Assembly: GCA_964057225.1 (NCBI GenBank)
Contig: OZ059895.1
Span: forward strand, 19,530,001-19,594,000
Reading direction: 5' to 3'
DNA length: 64,000 nucleotides
Source: Auanema rhodensis
Lineage: Eukaryota; Animalia; Nematoda
Below, piece after piece: positions 43,501 to 58,000 of the stretch. Below the pieces are notes generated by a model. It searched no databases and was not told where the DNA came from. It saw nothing but the letters and a program-made list of their open reading frames with translations. Position numbers and translations under genes: made by a program. The first letter of the stretch is position 1. Every line of letters starts with the position of its first letter.

Positions 43501-46500
43501 AGTGCACATCACGTGTACATTTAATTAGCATAAATTAAAGTTCACGTAAATTTCAAAGTCATGGTTACCATGCACCAATATCAATAAAAATTTGTTTTTA
43601 GACTAATATGGACATGGGGAATCTAATTTTGAAAACCACATCTCTTTATCTTTCACGTGAAGCGAGTTACATACCAAGTGCACATCACGTGTACACTTAA
43701 TTAGCATAAATTAAAGTTCACGTAAATTTCAAAGTCATGGTTACCATGCACCAATATCAATAAAAATTTGTTTTTAGACTAATATGGACATGGGGAATCT
43801 AATTTTGAAAACCGCATCTCTTTATCTCTCACGTGAAGCGAGTTACATACCAAGTGCACATCACGTGTACATTTAATTAGCATAAATTAAAGTTCACGTA
43901 AATTTCAAAGTCATGGTTACCATGCACCAATATCAATAAAAACTTGTTTTAAGACTAATATGGACATGAGAAATCTAATTTTGAAAACCGCATCTCTTCA
44001 TCTTTCACGTGAAGCGAGTTACATATCAAGTGCACATCACGTGTACACTTAATTAGCATAAATGAAAGTTCACGTAATTTTCAAAGTCATGGTTAACATG
44101 CACCAATATCAATAAAAATTTGTTTTTAGACTAATATGGACATGGGGAATCTAATTTTGAAAACCACATCTCTTTATCTTTCACGTGAAGCGAGTTACAT
44201 ACCAAGTGCACATCACGTGTACATTGAATTAGCATAAATTAAAGTTCACGTAAATTTCAAAGTCATGGTTACCATGCACCAATGTCAATAAAAATTTGTT
44301 TTAAGACTAATATGGACATGAGAAATCTAATTTTGAAAACCGCATCTCTTCATCTTTCACGTGAAGCGAGTTACATACCAAGTGCACATCACGTGTACAT
44401 TGAATTAGCATAAATTAAAGTTCACGTAAATTTCAAAGTCATGGTTACCATGCACCAATATCAATAAAAATTTGTTTTTAGACTAATATGGACATGGGGA
44501 ATCTAATTTTGAAAACCGCATCTCTTTATCTTTCACGTGAAGCGAGTTACATACCAAGTGCACATCACGTGTACATTGAATTAGCATAAATTAAAGTTCA
44601 CGTAAATTTCAAAGTCATGGTTACCATGCACCAATATCAATAAAAATTTGTTTTAAGACTAATATGGACATGAGAAATCTAATTTTGAAAACCGCATCTC
44701 TTCATCTTTCACGTGAAGCGAGTTACATACCAAGTGCACATCACGTGTACATTGAATTAGCATAAATTAAAGTTCACGTAAATTTCAAAGTCATGGTTAC
44801 CATGCACCAATATCAATAAAAATTTGTTTTTAGACTAATATGGACATGGGGAATCTAATTTTGAAAACCGCATCTCTTTATCTTTCACGTGAAGCGAGTT
44901 ACATACCAAGTGCACATCACGTGTACATTTAATTAGCATAAATTAAAGTTTACGTAAATTTCAAAGTCATGGTTACCATGCACCAATATCAATAAAAATT
45001 TGTTTTAAGACTAATATGGACATGAGAAATCTAATTTCGAAAACCGCATCTCTTCATCTTTCATGTGAAGCGAGTTACATATCAAGTGCACATCACGTGT
45101 ACATTGAATTAGCATAAATTAAAGTTCACGTAAATTTCAAAGTCATGGTTAACATGCACCAATATCAATAAAAATTTGTTTTAAGACTAATATGGACATG
45201 GGGAATCTAATTTTGAAAACCGCATCTCTTTATCTTTCACGTGAAGCGAGTTACATACCAGGTGCACATCACGTGTACATTTAATTAGCATAAATTAAAG
45301 TTTACGTAAATTTCAAAGTCATGGTTACCATGCACCAATATCAATAAAAATTTGTTTTAAGACTAATATGGACATGAGAAATCTAATTTTGAAAACCGCA
45401 TCTCTTCATCTTTCATGTGAAGCGAGTTACATATCAAGTGCACATCACGTGTACATTGAATTAGCATAAATTAAAGTTCACGTAAATTTCAAAGTCATGG
45501 TTAACATGCACCAATATCAATAAAAATTTGTTTTTAGACTAATATGGACATGGGGAATCTATTTTTGAAAACCGCATCTCTTCATCTTTCACGTGAAGCG
45601 AGTTACATACCAAGTGCACATCACGTGTACACTTAATTAGCATAAATTAAAGTTCACGTAAATTTCGAAGTCATGGTTAACATGCACCAATATCAATAAA
45701 AATTTGTTTTTAGACTAATATGGACATGGGGAATCTAATTTTGAAAACCGCATCTCTTTATCTTTCACGTGAAGCGAGTTACATACCAAGTGCACATCAC
45801 GTGTACATTTAATTAGCATAAATTAAAGTTCACGTAAATTTCAAAGTCATGGTTACCATGCACCAATATCAATAAAAATTTGTTTTAAGACTAATATGGA
45901 CATGAGAAATCTAATTTTGAAAACCGCATCTCTTCATCTTTCACGTGAAGCGAGTTACATACCAAGTGCACATCACGTGTACACTTAATTAGCATAAATT
46001 AAAGTTCACGTAAATTTCAAAGTCATGGTTACCATGCACCAATATCAATAAAAATTTGTTTTAAGACTAATATGGACATGAGAAATCTAATTTTGAAAAC
46101 CGCATCTCTTTATCTTTCACGTGAAGCGAGTTACATACCAAGTGCACATCACGTGTACACTTAATTAGCATAAATTAAAGTTCACGTAAATTTCAAAGTC
46201 ATGGTTACCATGCACCAATATCAATAAAAATTTGTTTTTAGACTAATATGGACATGGGGAATCTAATTTTGAAAACCACATCTCTTTATCTTTCACGTGA
46301 AGCGAGTTACATACCAAGTGCACATCACGTGTACATTGAATTAGCATAAATTAAAGTTCACGTAAATTTCAAAGTCATGGTTACCATGCACCAATATCAA
46401 TAAAAATTTGTTTTAAGACTAATATGGACATGAGAAATCTAATTTTGAAAACCGCATCTCTTCATCTTTCACGTGAAGCGAGTTACATACCAAGTGCACA

Positions 46501-49500
46501 TCACGTGTACATTGAATTAGCATAAATTAAAGTTCACGTAAATTTCAAAGTCATGGTTACCATGCACCAATATCAATAAAAATTTGTTTTAAGACTAATA
46601 TGGACATGAGAAATCTAATTTTGAAAACCGCATCTCTTCATCTTTCATGTGAAGCGAGTTACATATCAAGTGCACATCACGTGTACATTGAATTAGCATA
46701 AATTAAAGTTCACGTAAATTTCAAAGTCATGGTTAACATGCACCAATATCAATAAAAATTTGTTTTTAGACTAATATGGACATGGGGAATCTATTTTTGA
46801 AAACCGCATCTCTTCATCTTTCACGTGAAGCGAGTTACATACCAATTGCACATCACGTGTACACTTAATTAGCATAAATTAAAGTTCACGTAAATTTCGA
46901 AGTCATGGTTAACATGCACCAATATCAATAAAAATTTGTTTTTAGACTAATATGGACATGGGGAATCTAATTTTGAAAACCGCATCTCTTTATCTTTCAC
47001 GTGAAGCGAGTTACATACCAAGTGCACATCACGTGTACATTTAATTAGCATAAATTAAAGTTCACGTAAATTTCAAAGTCATGGTTACCATGCACCAATA
47101 TCAATAAAAATTTGTTTTAAGACTAATATGGACATGAGAAATCTAATTTTGAAAACCGCATCTCTTCATCTTTCACGTGAAGCGAGTTACATACCAAGTG
47201 CACATCACGTGTACACTTAATTAGCATAAATTAAAGTTCACGTAAATTTCAAAGTCATGGTTACCATGCACCAATATCAATAAAAATTTGTTTTAAGACT
47301 AATATGGACATGAGAAATCTAATTTTGAAAACCGCATCTCTTTATCTTTCACGTGAAGCGAGTTACATACCAAGTGCACATCACGTGTACACTTAATTAG
47401 CATAAATTAAAGTTCACGTAAATTTCAAAGTCATGGTTACCATGCACCAATATCAATAAAAATTTGTTTTTAGACTAATATGGACATGGGGAATCTAATT
47501 TTGAAAACCACATCTCTTTATCTTTCACGTGAAGCGAGTTACATACCAAGTGCACATCACGTGTACATTGAATTAGCATAAATTAAAGTTCACGTAAATT
47601 TCAAAGTCATGGTTACCATGCACCAATATCAATAAAAATTTGTTTTAAGACTAATATGGACATGAGAAATCTAATTTTGAAAACCGCATCTCTTCATCTT
47701 TCACGTGAAGCGAGTTACATACCAAGTGCACATCACGTGTACATTGAATTAGCATAAATTAAAGTTCACGTAAATTTCAAAGTCATGGTTACCATGCACC
47801 AATATCAATAAAAATTTGTTTTTAGACTAATATGGACATGGGGAATCTAATTTTGAAAACCGCATCTCTTTATCTTTCACGTGAAGCGAGTTACATACCA
47901 AGTGCACATCACGTGTACATTTAATTAGCATAAATTAAAGTTTACGTAAATTTCAAAGTCATGGTTACCATGCACCAATATCAATAAAAATTTGTTTTAA
48001 GACTAATATGGACATGAGAAATCTAATTTTGAAAACCGCATCTCTTCATCTTTCATGTGAAGCGAGTTACATATCAAGTGCACATCACGTGTACATTGAA
48101 TTAGCATAAATTAAAGTTCACGTAAATTTCAAAGTCATGGTTACCATGCACCAATATCAATAAAAATTTGTTTTTAGACTAATATGGACATGGGGAATCT
48201 AATTTTGAAAACCGCATCTCTTTATCTTTCACGTGAAGCGAGTTACATACCAAGTGCACATCACGTGTACATTTAATTAGCATAAATTAAAGTTTACGTA
48301 AATTTCAAAGTCATGGTTACCATGCACCAATATCAATAAAAATTTGTTTTAAGACTAATATGGACATGAGAAATCTAATTTTGAAAACCGCATCTCTTCA
48401 TTTTTCATGTGAAGCGAGTTACATATCAAGTGCACATCACGTGTACATTGAATTAGCATAAATTAAAGTTCACGTAAATTTCAAAGTCATGGTTAACATG
48501 CACCAATATCAATAAAAATTTGTTTTTAGACTAATATGGACATGGGGAATCTATTTTTGAAAACCGCATCTCTTCATCTTTCACGTGAAGCGAGTTACAT
48601 ACCAAGTGCACATCACGTGTACATTTAATTAGCATAAATTAAAGTTCACGTAAATTTCAAAGTCATGGTTACCATGCACCAATATCAATAAAAATTTGTT
48701 TTGAGACTAATATGGACATGAGAAATCTAATTTTGAAAACCGCATCTCTTCATCTTTCACGTGAAGCGAGTTACATACCAAGTGCACATCACGTGTACAC
48801 TTAATTAGCATAAATTAAAGTTCACGTAAATTTCAAAGTCATGGTTACCATGCACCAATATCAATAAAAATTTGTTTTAAGACTAATATGGACATGAGAA
48901 ATCTAATTTTGAAAACCGCATCTCTTTATCTTTCACGTGAAGCGAGTTACATACCAAGTGCACATCACGTGTACACTTAATTAGCATAAATTAAAGTTCA
49001 CGTAAATTTCAAAGTCATGGTTACCATGCACCAATATCAATAAAAATTTGTTTTTAGACTAATATGGACATGGGGAATCTAATTTTGTAAACCACATCTC
49101 TTTATCTTTCACGTGAAGCGAGTTACATACCAAGTGCACATCACGTGTACATTGAATTAGCATAAATTAAAGTTCACGTAAATTTCAAAGTCATGGTTAC
49201 CATGCACCAATATCAATAAAAATTTGTTTAAAGACTAATATGGACATGAGAAATCTAATTTTGAAAACCGCATCTCTTCATCTTTCACGTGAAGCGAGTT
49301 ACATACCAAGTGCACATCACGTGTACATTGAATTAGCATAAATTAAAGTTCACGTAAATTTCAAAGTCATGGTTACCATGCACCAATATCAATAAAAATT
49401 TGTTTTTAGACTAATATGGACATGGGGAATCTAATTTTGAAAACCGCATCTCTTTATCTTTCACGTGAAGCGAGTTACATACCAAGTGCACATCACGTGT

Positions 49501-50100
49501 ACATTTAATTAGCATAAATTAAAGTTTACGTAAATTTCAAAGTCATGGTTACCATGCACCAATATCAATAAAAATTTGTTTTAAGACTAATATGGACATG
49601 AGAAATCTAATTTTGAAAACCGCATCTCTTCATCTTTCATGTGAAGCGAGTTACATATCAAGTGCACATCACGTGTACATTGAATTAGCATAAATTAAAG
49701 TTCACGTAAATTTCAAAGTCATGGTTAACATGCACCAATATCAATAAAAATTTGTTTTTAGACTAATATGGACATGGGGAATCTATTTTTGAAAACCGCA
49801 TCTCTACATCTTTCACGTGAAGCGAGTTACATACCAAGTGCACATCACGTGTACACTTAATTAGCATAAATTAAAGTTCACGTAAATTTCGAAGTCATGG
49901 TTAACATGCACCAATATCAATAAAAATTTGTTTTTAGACTAATATGGACATGGGGAATCTAATTTTGAAAACCGCATCTCTTTATCTTTCACGTGAAGCG
50001 AGTTACATACCAAGTGCACATCACGTGTACATTTAATTAGCATAAATTAAAGTTCACGTAAATTTCAAAGTCATGGTTACCATGCACCAATATCAATAAA
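37600..50100 (+). repeat. Domain of an 8-mer (1,408 bp) higher-order repeat and its truncated 2-, 6- and 7-mer derivatives, interrupted at ~41.7-44.3 kb
   Basis: TTCATGTG marker spacings: 38729-40137 (1408), 40137-41193 (1056), 45416-46648 (1232), 46648-48056 (1408), 48056-48408 (352) and 48408-49640 (1232). The same 8-mer occurs at 2028-3436. Confidence 0.8.
40835..44575 (+). repeat. About 21-monomer block duplicated at ~49282-53022 (offset 8,447 bp, 48 monomers)
   Basis: CATAAGTT at 42479/50926, CAATGTC at 44284/52731, CTCGTG at 41752/50199, and a shared 1-bp A-tract deletion near 43413/51860. Confidence 0.88.
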
Positions 50101-52019
50101 AATTTGTTTTAAGACTAATATGGACATGAGAAATCTAATTTTGAAAACCGCATCTCTTTCTCTTTGACGTGAAGCGAGTTACATACCAAGTGCACATCTC
50201 GTGTACACTTAATTAGCATAAATTAAAGTTCACGTAAATTTCAAAGTCATGGTTAACATGCACCAATATCAATAAAAATTTGTTTTTAGACTAATATGGA
50301 CATGGGGAATCTAATTTTGAAAACCGCATCTCTTTATCTTTCACGTGAAGCGAGTTACATACCAAGTGCACATCACGTGTACATTTAATTAGCATAAATT
50401 AAAGTTCACGTAAATTTCAAAGTCATGGTTACCATGCACCAATATCAATAAAAATTTGTTTTAAGACTAATATGGACATGAGAAATCTAATTTTGAAAAC
50501 CGCATCTCTTCATCTTTCACGTGAAGCGAGTTACATACCAAGTGCACATCACGTGTACATTGAATTAGCATAAATTAAAGTTCACGTAAATTTCAAAGTC
50601 ATGGTTACCATGCACCAATATCAATAAAAATTTGTTTTTAGACTAATATGGACATGGGGAATCTAATTTTGAAAACCGCATCTCTTTATCTTTCACGTGA
50701 AGCGAGTTACATACCAAGTGCACATCACGTGTACATTTAATCAGCATAAATTAAAGTTCACGTAAATTTCAAAGTCATGGTTACCATGCACCAATATCAA
50801 TAAAAATTTGTTTTAAGACTAATATGGACATGAGAAATCTAATTTTGAAAACCGCATCTCTTCATCTTTCATGTGAAGCGAGTTACATATCAAGTGCACA
50901 TCACGTGTACACTTAATCAGCATAAGTTAAAGTTCACGTAAATTTCAAAGTCATGGTTAACATGCACCAATATCAATAAAAATTTGTTTTTAGACTAATA
51001 TGGACATGGGGAATCTAATTTTGAAAACCACATCTCTTTATCTTTCACGTGAAGCGAGTTACATACCAAGTGCACATCACGTGTACATTGAATTAGCATA
51101 AATTAAAGTTCACGTAAATTTCAAAGTCATGGTTAACATGCACCAATATCAATAAAAATTTGTTTTAAGACTAATATGGACATGAGAAATCTAATTTTGA
51201 AAACCGCATCTCTTTATCTCTCACGTGAAGCAAGTTACATACCAAGTGCACATCACGTGTACATTTAATTAGCATAAATTAAAGTTCACGTAAATTTCAA
51301 AGTCATGGTTAACATGCACCAATATCAATAAAAATTTGTTTTTAGACTAATATGGACATGGGGAATCTAATTTTGAAAACCGCATCTCTTTATCTTTCAC
51401 GTGAAGCGAGTTACATACCAAGTGCACATCACGTGTACATTTAATCAGCATAAATTAAAGTTCACGTAAATTTCAAAGTCATGGTTAACATGCACCAATA
51501 TCAATAAAAATTTGTTTTTAGACTAATATGGACATGGGGAATCTAATTTTGAAAACCGCATCTCTTTATCTCTCACGTGAAGCGAGTTACATACCAAGTG
51601 CACATCACGTGTACATTTAATTAGCATAAATTAAAGTTCACGTAAATTTCAAAGTCATGGTTACCATGCACCAATATCAATAAAAATTTGTTTTAAGACT
51701 AATATGGACATGAGAAATCTAATTTTGAAAACCGCATCTCTTCATCTTTCACGTAAAGCGAGTTACATATCAAGTGCACATCACGTGTACACTTAATTAG
51801 CATAAATTAAAGTTCACGTAAATTTCAAAGTCATGGTTAACATGCACCGATATCAATAAAATTTGTTTTTAGACTAATATGGACATGGGGAATCTAATTT
51901 TGAAAACCGCATCTCTTTATCTCTCACGTGAAGCGAGTTACATACCAAGTGCACATCACGTTAACATTTAATTAGCATAAATTAAAGTTCACGTAAATTT
52001 CAAAGTCATGGTTACCATG

Positions 52020-55000
52020 CACCAATATCAATAAAAATTTGTTTTTAGACTAATATGGACATGGGGAATCTAATTTTGAAAACCACATCTCTTTATCTTT
52101 CACGTGAAGCGAGTTACATACCAAGTGCACATCACGTGTACACTTAATTAGCATAAATTAAAGTTCACGTAAATTTCAAAGTCATGGTTACCATGCACCA
52201 ATATCAATAAAAATTTGTTTTTAGACTAATATGGACATGGGGAATCTAATTTTGAAAACCGCATCTCTTTATCTCTCACGTGAAGCGAGTTACATACCAA
52301 GTGCACATCACGTGTACATTTAATTAGCATAAATTAAAGTTCACGTAAATTTCAAAGTCATGGTTACCATGCACCAATATCAATAAAAACTTGTTTTAAG
52401 ACTAATATGGACATGAGAAATCTAATTTTGAAAACCGCATCTCTTCATCTTTCACGTGAAGCGAGTTACATATCAAGTGCACATCACGTGTACACTTAAT
52501 TAGCATAAATGAAAGTTCACGTAATTTTCAAAGTCATGGTTAACATGCACCAATATCAATAAAAATTTGTTTTTAGACTAATATGGACATGGGGAATCTA
52601 ATTTTGAAAACCACATCTCTTTATCTTTCACGTGAAGCGAGTTACATACCAAGTGCACATCACGTGTACATTGAATTAGCATAAATTAAAGTTCACGTAA
52701 ATTTCAAAGTCATGGTTACCATGCACCAATGTCAATAAAAATTTGTTTTAAGACTAATATGGACATGAGAAATCTAATTTTGAAAACCGCATCTCTTCAT
52801 CTTTCACGTGAAGCGAGTTACATACCAAGTGCACATCACGTGTACATTGAATTAGCATAAATTAAAGTTCACGTAAATTTCAAAGTCATGGTTACCATGC
52901 ACCAATATCAATAAAAATTTGTTTTTAGACTAATATGGACATGGGGAATCTAATTTTGAAAACCGCATCTCTTTATCTTTCACGTGAAGCGAGTTACATA
53001 CCAAGTGCACATCACGTGTACATTTAATTAGCATAAATTTAAGTTTACGTAAATTTCAAAGTCATGGTTACCATGCACCAATATCAATAAAAATTTGTTT
53101 TAAGACTAATATGGACATGAGAAATCTAATTTTGAAAACCGCATCTCTTCATCTTTCATGTGAAGCGAGTTACATATCAAGTGCACATCACGTGTACATT
53201 GAATTAGCATAAATTAAAGTTCACGTAAATTTCAAAGTCATGGTTAACATGCACCAATATCAATAAAAATTTGTTTTTAGACTAATATGGACATGGGGAA
53301 TCTATTTTTGAAAACCGCATCTCTTCATCTTTCACGTGAAGCGAGTTACATACCAAGTGCACATCACGTGTACACTTAATTAGCATAAATTAAAGTTCAC
53401 GTAAATTTCGAAGTCATGGTTAACATGCACCAATATCAATAAAAATTTGTTTTTAGACTAATATGGACATGGGGAATCTAATTTTGAAAACCGCATCTCT
53501 TTATCTTTCACGTGAAGCGAGTTACATACCAAGTGCACATCACGTGTACATTTAATTAGCATAAATTAAAGTTCACGTAAATTTCAAAGTCATGGTTACC
53601 ATGCACCAATATCAATAAAAATTTGTTTTAAGACTAATATGGACATGAGAAATCTAATTTTGAAAACCGCATCTCTTTCTCTTTGACGTGAAGCGAGTTA
53701 CATACCAAGTGCACATCTCGTGTACACTTAATTAGCATAAATTAAAGTTCACGTAAATTTCAAAGTCATGGTTAACATGCACCAATATCAATAAAAATTT
53801 GTTTTTAGACTAATATGGACATGGGGAATCTAATTTTGAAAACCGCATCTCTTTATCTTTCACGTGAAGCGAGTTACATACCAAGTGCACATCACGTGTA
53901 CATTTAATTAGCATAAATTAAAGTTCACGTAAATTTCAAAGTCATGGTTACCATGCACCAATATCAATAAAAATTTGTTTTAAGACTAATATGGACATGA
54001 GAAATCTAATTTTGAAAACCGCATCTCTTCATCTTTCACGTGAAGCGAGTTACATACCAAGTGCACATCACGTGTACATTGAATTAGCATAAATTAAAGT
54101 TCACGTAAATTTCAAAGTCATGGTTACCATGCACCAATATCAATAAAAATTTGTTTTTAGACTAATATGGACATGGGGAATCTAATTTTGAAAACCGCAT
54201 CTCTTTATCTTTCACGTGAAGCGAGTTACATACCAAGTGCACATCACGTGTACATTTAATTAGCATAAATTAAAGTTCACGTAAATTTCAAAGTCATGGT
54301 TACCATGCACCAATATCAATAAAAATTTGTTTTAAGACTAATATGGACATAAGAAATCTAATTTTGAAAACCGCATCTCTTCATCTTTCACGTGAAGCGA
54401 GTTACATACCAAGTGCACATCACGTGTACACTTAATTAGCATAAATTAAAGTTCACGTAAATTTCAAAGTCATGGTTACCATGCACCAATATCAATAAAA
54501 ATTTGTTTTTAGACTAATATGGACATGGGGAATCTAATTTTGAAAACCACATCTCTTTATCTTTCACGTGAAGCGAGTTACATACCAAGTGCACATCACG
54601 TGTACATTGAATTAGCATAAATTAAAGTTCACGTAAATTTCAAAGTCATGGTTAACATGCACCAATATCAATAAAAATTTGTTTTTAGACTAATATGGAC
54701 ATGGGGAATCTATTTTTGAAAACCGCATCTCTTCATCTTTCACGTGAAGCGAGTTACATACCAAGTGCACATCACGTGTACACTTAATTAGCATAAATTA
54801 AAGTTCACGTAAATTTCGAAGTCATGGTTACCATGCACCAATATCAATAAAAATTTGTTTTTAGACTAATATGGACATGATGAATCTAATTTTGAAAACC
54901 GCATCTCTTTATCTTTCACGTGAAGCGAGTTACATACCAAGTGCACATCACGTGTACACTTAATTAGCATAAATTAAAGTTCACGTAAATTTCAAAGTCA

Positions 55001-58000
55001 TGGTTACCATGCACCAATATCAATAAAAATTTGTTTTTAGACTAATATGGACATGGGGAATCTAATTTTGAAAACCACATCTCTTTATCTTTCACGTGAA
55101 GCGAGTTACATACCAAGTGCACATCTCGTGTACACTTAATTAGCATAAATTAAAGTTCACGTAAATTTCAAAGTCATGGTTAACATGCACCAATATCAAT
55201 AAAAATTTGTTTTTAGACTAATATGGACATGGGGAATCTATTTTTGAAAACCGCATCTCTTCATCTTTCACGTGAAGCGAGTTACATACCAAGTGCACAT
55301 CACGTGTACACTTAATTAGCATAAATTAAAGTTCACGTAAATTTCGAAGTCATGGTTACCATGCACCAATATCAATAAAAATTTGTTTTTAGACTAATAT
55401 GGACATGATGAATCTAATTTTGAAAACCGCATCTCTTTATCTTTCACGTGAAGCGAGTTACATACCAAGTGCACATCACGTGTACATTTAATTAGCATAA
55501 ATTAAAGTTCACGTAAATTTCAAAGTCATGGTTACCATGCACCAATATCAATAAAAATTTGTTTTAAGACTAATATGGACATGAGAAATCTAATTTTGAA
55601 AACCGCATCTCTTCATCTTTCATGTGAAGCGAGTTACATATCAAGTGCACATCACGTGTACACTTAATTAGCATAAATTAAAGTTCACGTAAATTTCAAA
55701 GTCATGGTTAACATGCACCAATATCAATAAAAATTTGTTTTTAGACTAATATGGACATGGGGAATCTATTTTTGAAAACCGCATTTCTTCATCTTTCACG
55801 TGAAGCGAGTTACATACCAAGTGCACATCACGTGTACACTTAATTAGCATAAATTAAAGTTCACGTAAATTTCGAAGTCATGGTTAACATGCACCAATAT
55901 CAATAAAACTTTGTTTTTAGACTAATATGGACATGGGGAATCTAATTTTGAAAACCGCATCTCTTTATCTTTCACGTGAAGCGAGTTACATACCAAGTGC
56001 ACATCTCGTGTACACTTAATTAGCATAAATTAAAGTTCACGTAAATTTCAAAGTCATGGTTAACATGCACCAATATCAATAAAAATTTGTTTTTAGACTA
56101 ATATGGACATGGGGAATCTATTTTTGAAAACCGCATCTCTTCATCTTTCACGTGAAGCGAGTTACATACCAAGTGCACATCACGTGTACACTTAATTAGC
56201 ATAAATTAAAGTTCACGTAAATTTCGAAGTCATGGTTACCATGCACCAATATCAATAAAAATTTGTTTTTAGACTAATATGGACATGATGAATCTAATTT
56301 TGAAAACCGCATCTCTTTATCTTTCACGTGAAGCGAGTTACATACCAAGTGCACATCACGTGTACATTTAATTAGCATAAATTAAAGTTCACGTAAATTT
56401 CAAAGTCATGGTTACCATGCACCAATATCAATAAAAATTTGTTTTAAGACTAATATGGACATGAGAAATCTAATTTTGAAAACCGCATCTCTTCATCTTT
56501 CATGTGAAGCGAGTTACATACCAAGTGCACATCACGTGTACACTTAATTAGCATAAATTAAAGTTCACGTAAATTTCAAAGTCATGGTTACCATGCACCA
56601 ATATCAATAAAAATTTGTTTTAAGACTAATATGGACTTGAGAAATCTAATTTTGAAAACCGCATCTCTTCATCTTTCACGTAAAGCGAGTTACATATCAA
56701 GTGCACATCACGTGTACACTTAATTAGCATAAATTAAAGTTCACGTAAATTTCAAAGTCATGGTTAACATGCACCAATATCAATAAAATTTGTTTTTAGA
56801 CTAATATGGACATGGGGAATCTAATTTTGAAAACCACATCTCTTTATCTTTCACGTGAAGCGAGTTACATACCAAGTGCACATCACGTGTACACTTAATT
56901 AGCATAAATTAAAGTTCACGTAAATTTCAAAGTCATGGTTACCATGCACCAATATCAATAAAAATTTGTTTTTAGACTAAAATGGACATGGGGAATCTAA
57001 TTTTGAAAACCGCATCTCTTTATCTCTCACGTGAAGCGAGTTACATACCAAGTGCACATCACGTGTACATTTAATTAGCATAAATTAAAGTTCACGTAAA
57101 TTTCAAAGTCATGGTTACCATGCACCAATATCAATAAAAATTTGTTTTTAGACTAATATGGACATGGGGAATCTAATTTTGAAAACCACATCTCTTTATC
57201 TTTCACGTGAAGCGAGTTACATACCAAGTGCACATCACGTGTACACTTAATTAGCATAAATTAAAGTTCACGTAAATTTCAAAGTCATGGTTACCATGCA
57301 CCAATATCAATAAAAATTTGTTTTTAGACTAATATGGACATGGGGAATCTAATTTTGAAAACCGCATCTCTTTATCTCTCACGTGAAGCGAGTTACATAC
57401 CAAGTGCACATCACGTGTACATTTAATTAGCATAAATTAAAGTTCACGTAAATTTCAAAGTCATGGTTACCATGCACCAATATCAATAAAAACTTGTTTT
57501 AAGACTAATATGGACATGAGAAATCTAATTTTGAAAACCGCATCTCTTCATCTTTCACGTGAAGCGAGTTACATATCAAGTGCACATCACGTGTACACTT
57601 AATTAGCATAAATGAAAGTTCACGTAATTTTCAAAGTCATGGTTAACATGCACCAATATCAATAAAAATTTGTTTTTAGACTAATATGGACATGGGGAAT
57701 CTAATTTTGAAAACCACATCTCTTTATCTTTCACGTGAAGCGAGTTACATACCAAGTGCACATCACGTGTACATTGAATTAGCATAAATTAAAGTTCACG
57801 TAAATTTCAAAGTCATGGTTACCATGCACCAATGTCAATAAAAATTTGTTTTAAGACTAATATGGACATGAGAAATCTAATTTTGAAAACCGCATCTCTT
57901 TATCTTTCACGTGAAGCGAGTTACATACCAAGTGCACATCACGTGTACATTTAATTAGCATAAATTTAAGTTTACGTAAATTTCAAAGTCATGGTTACCA

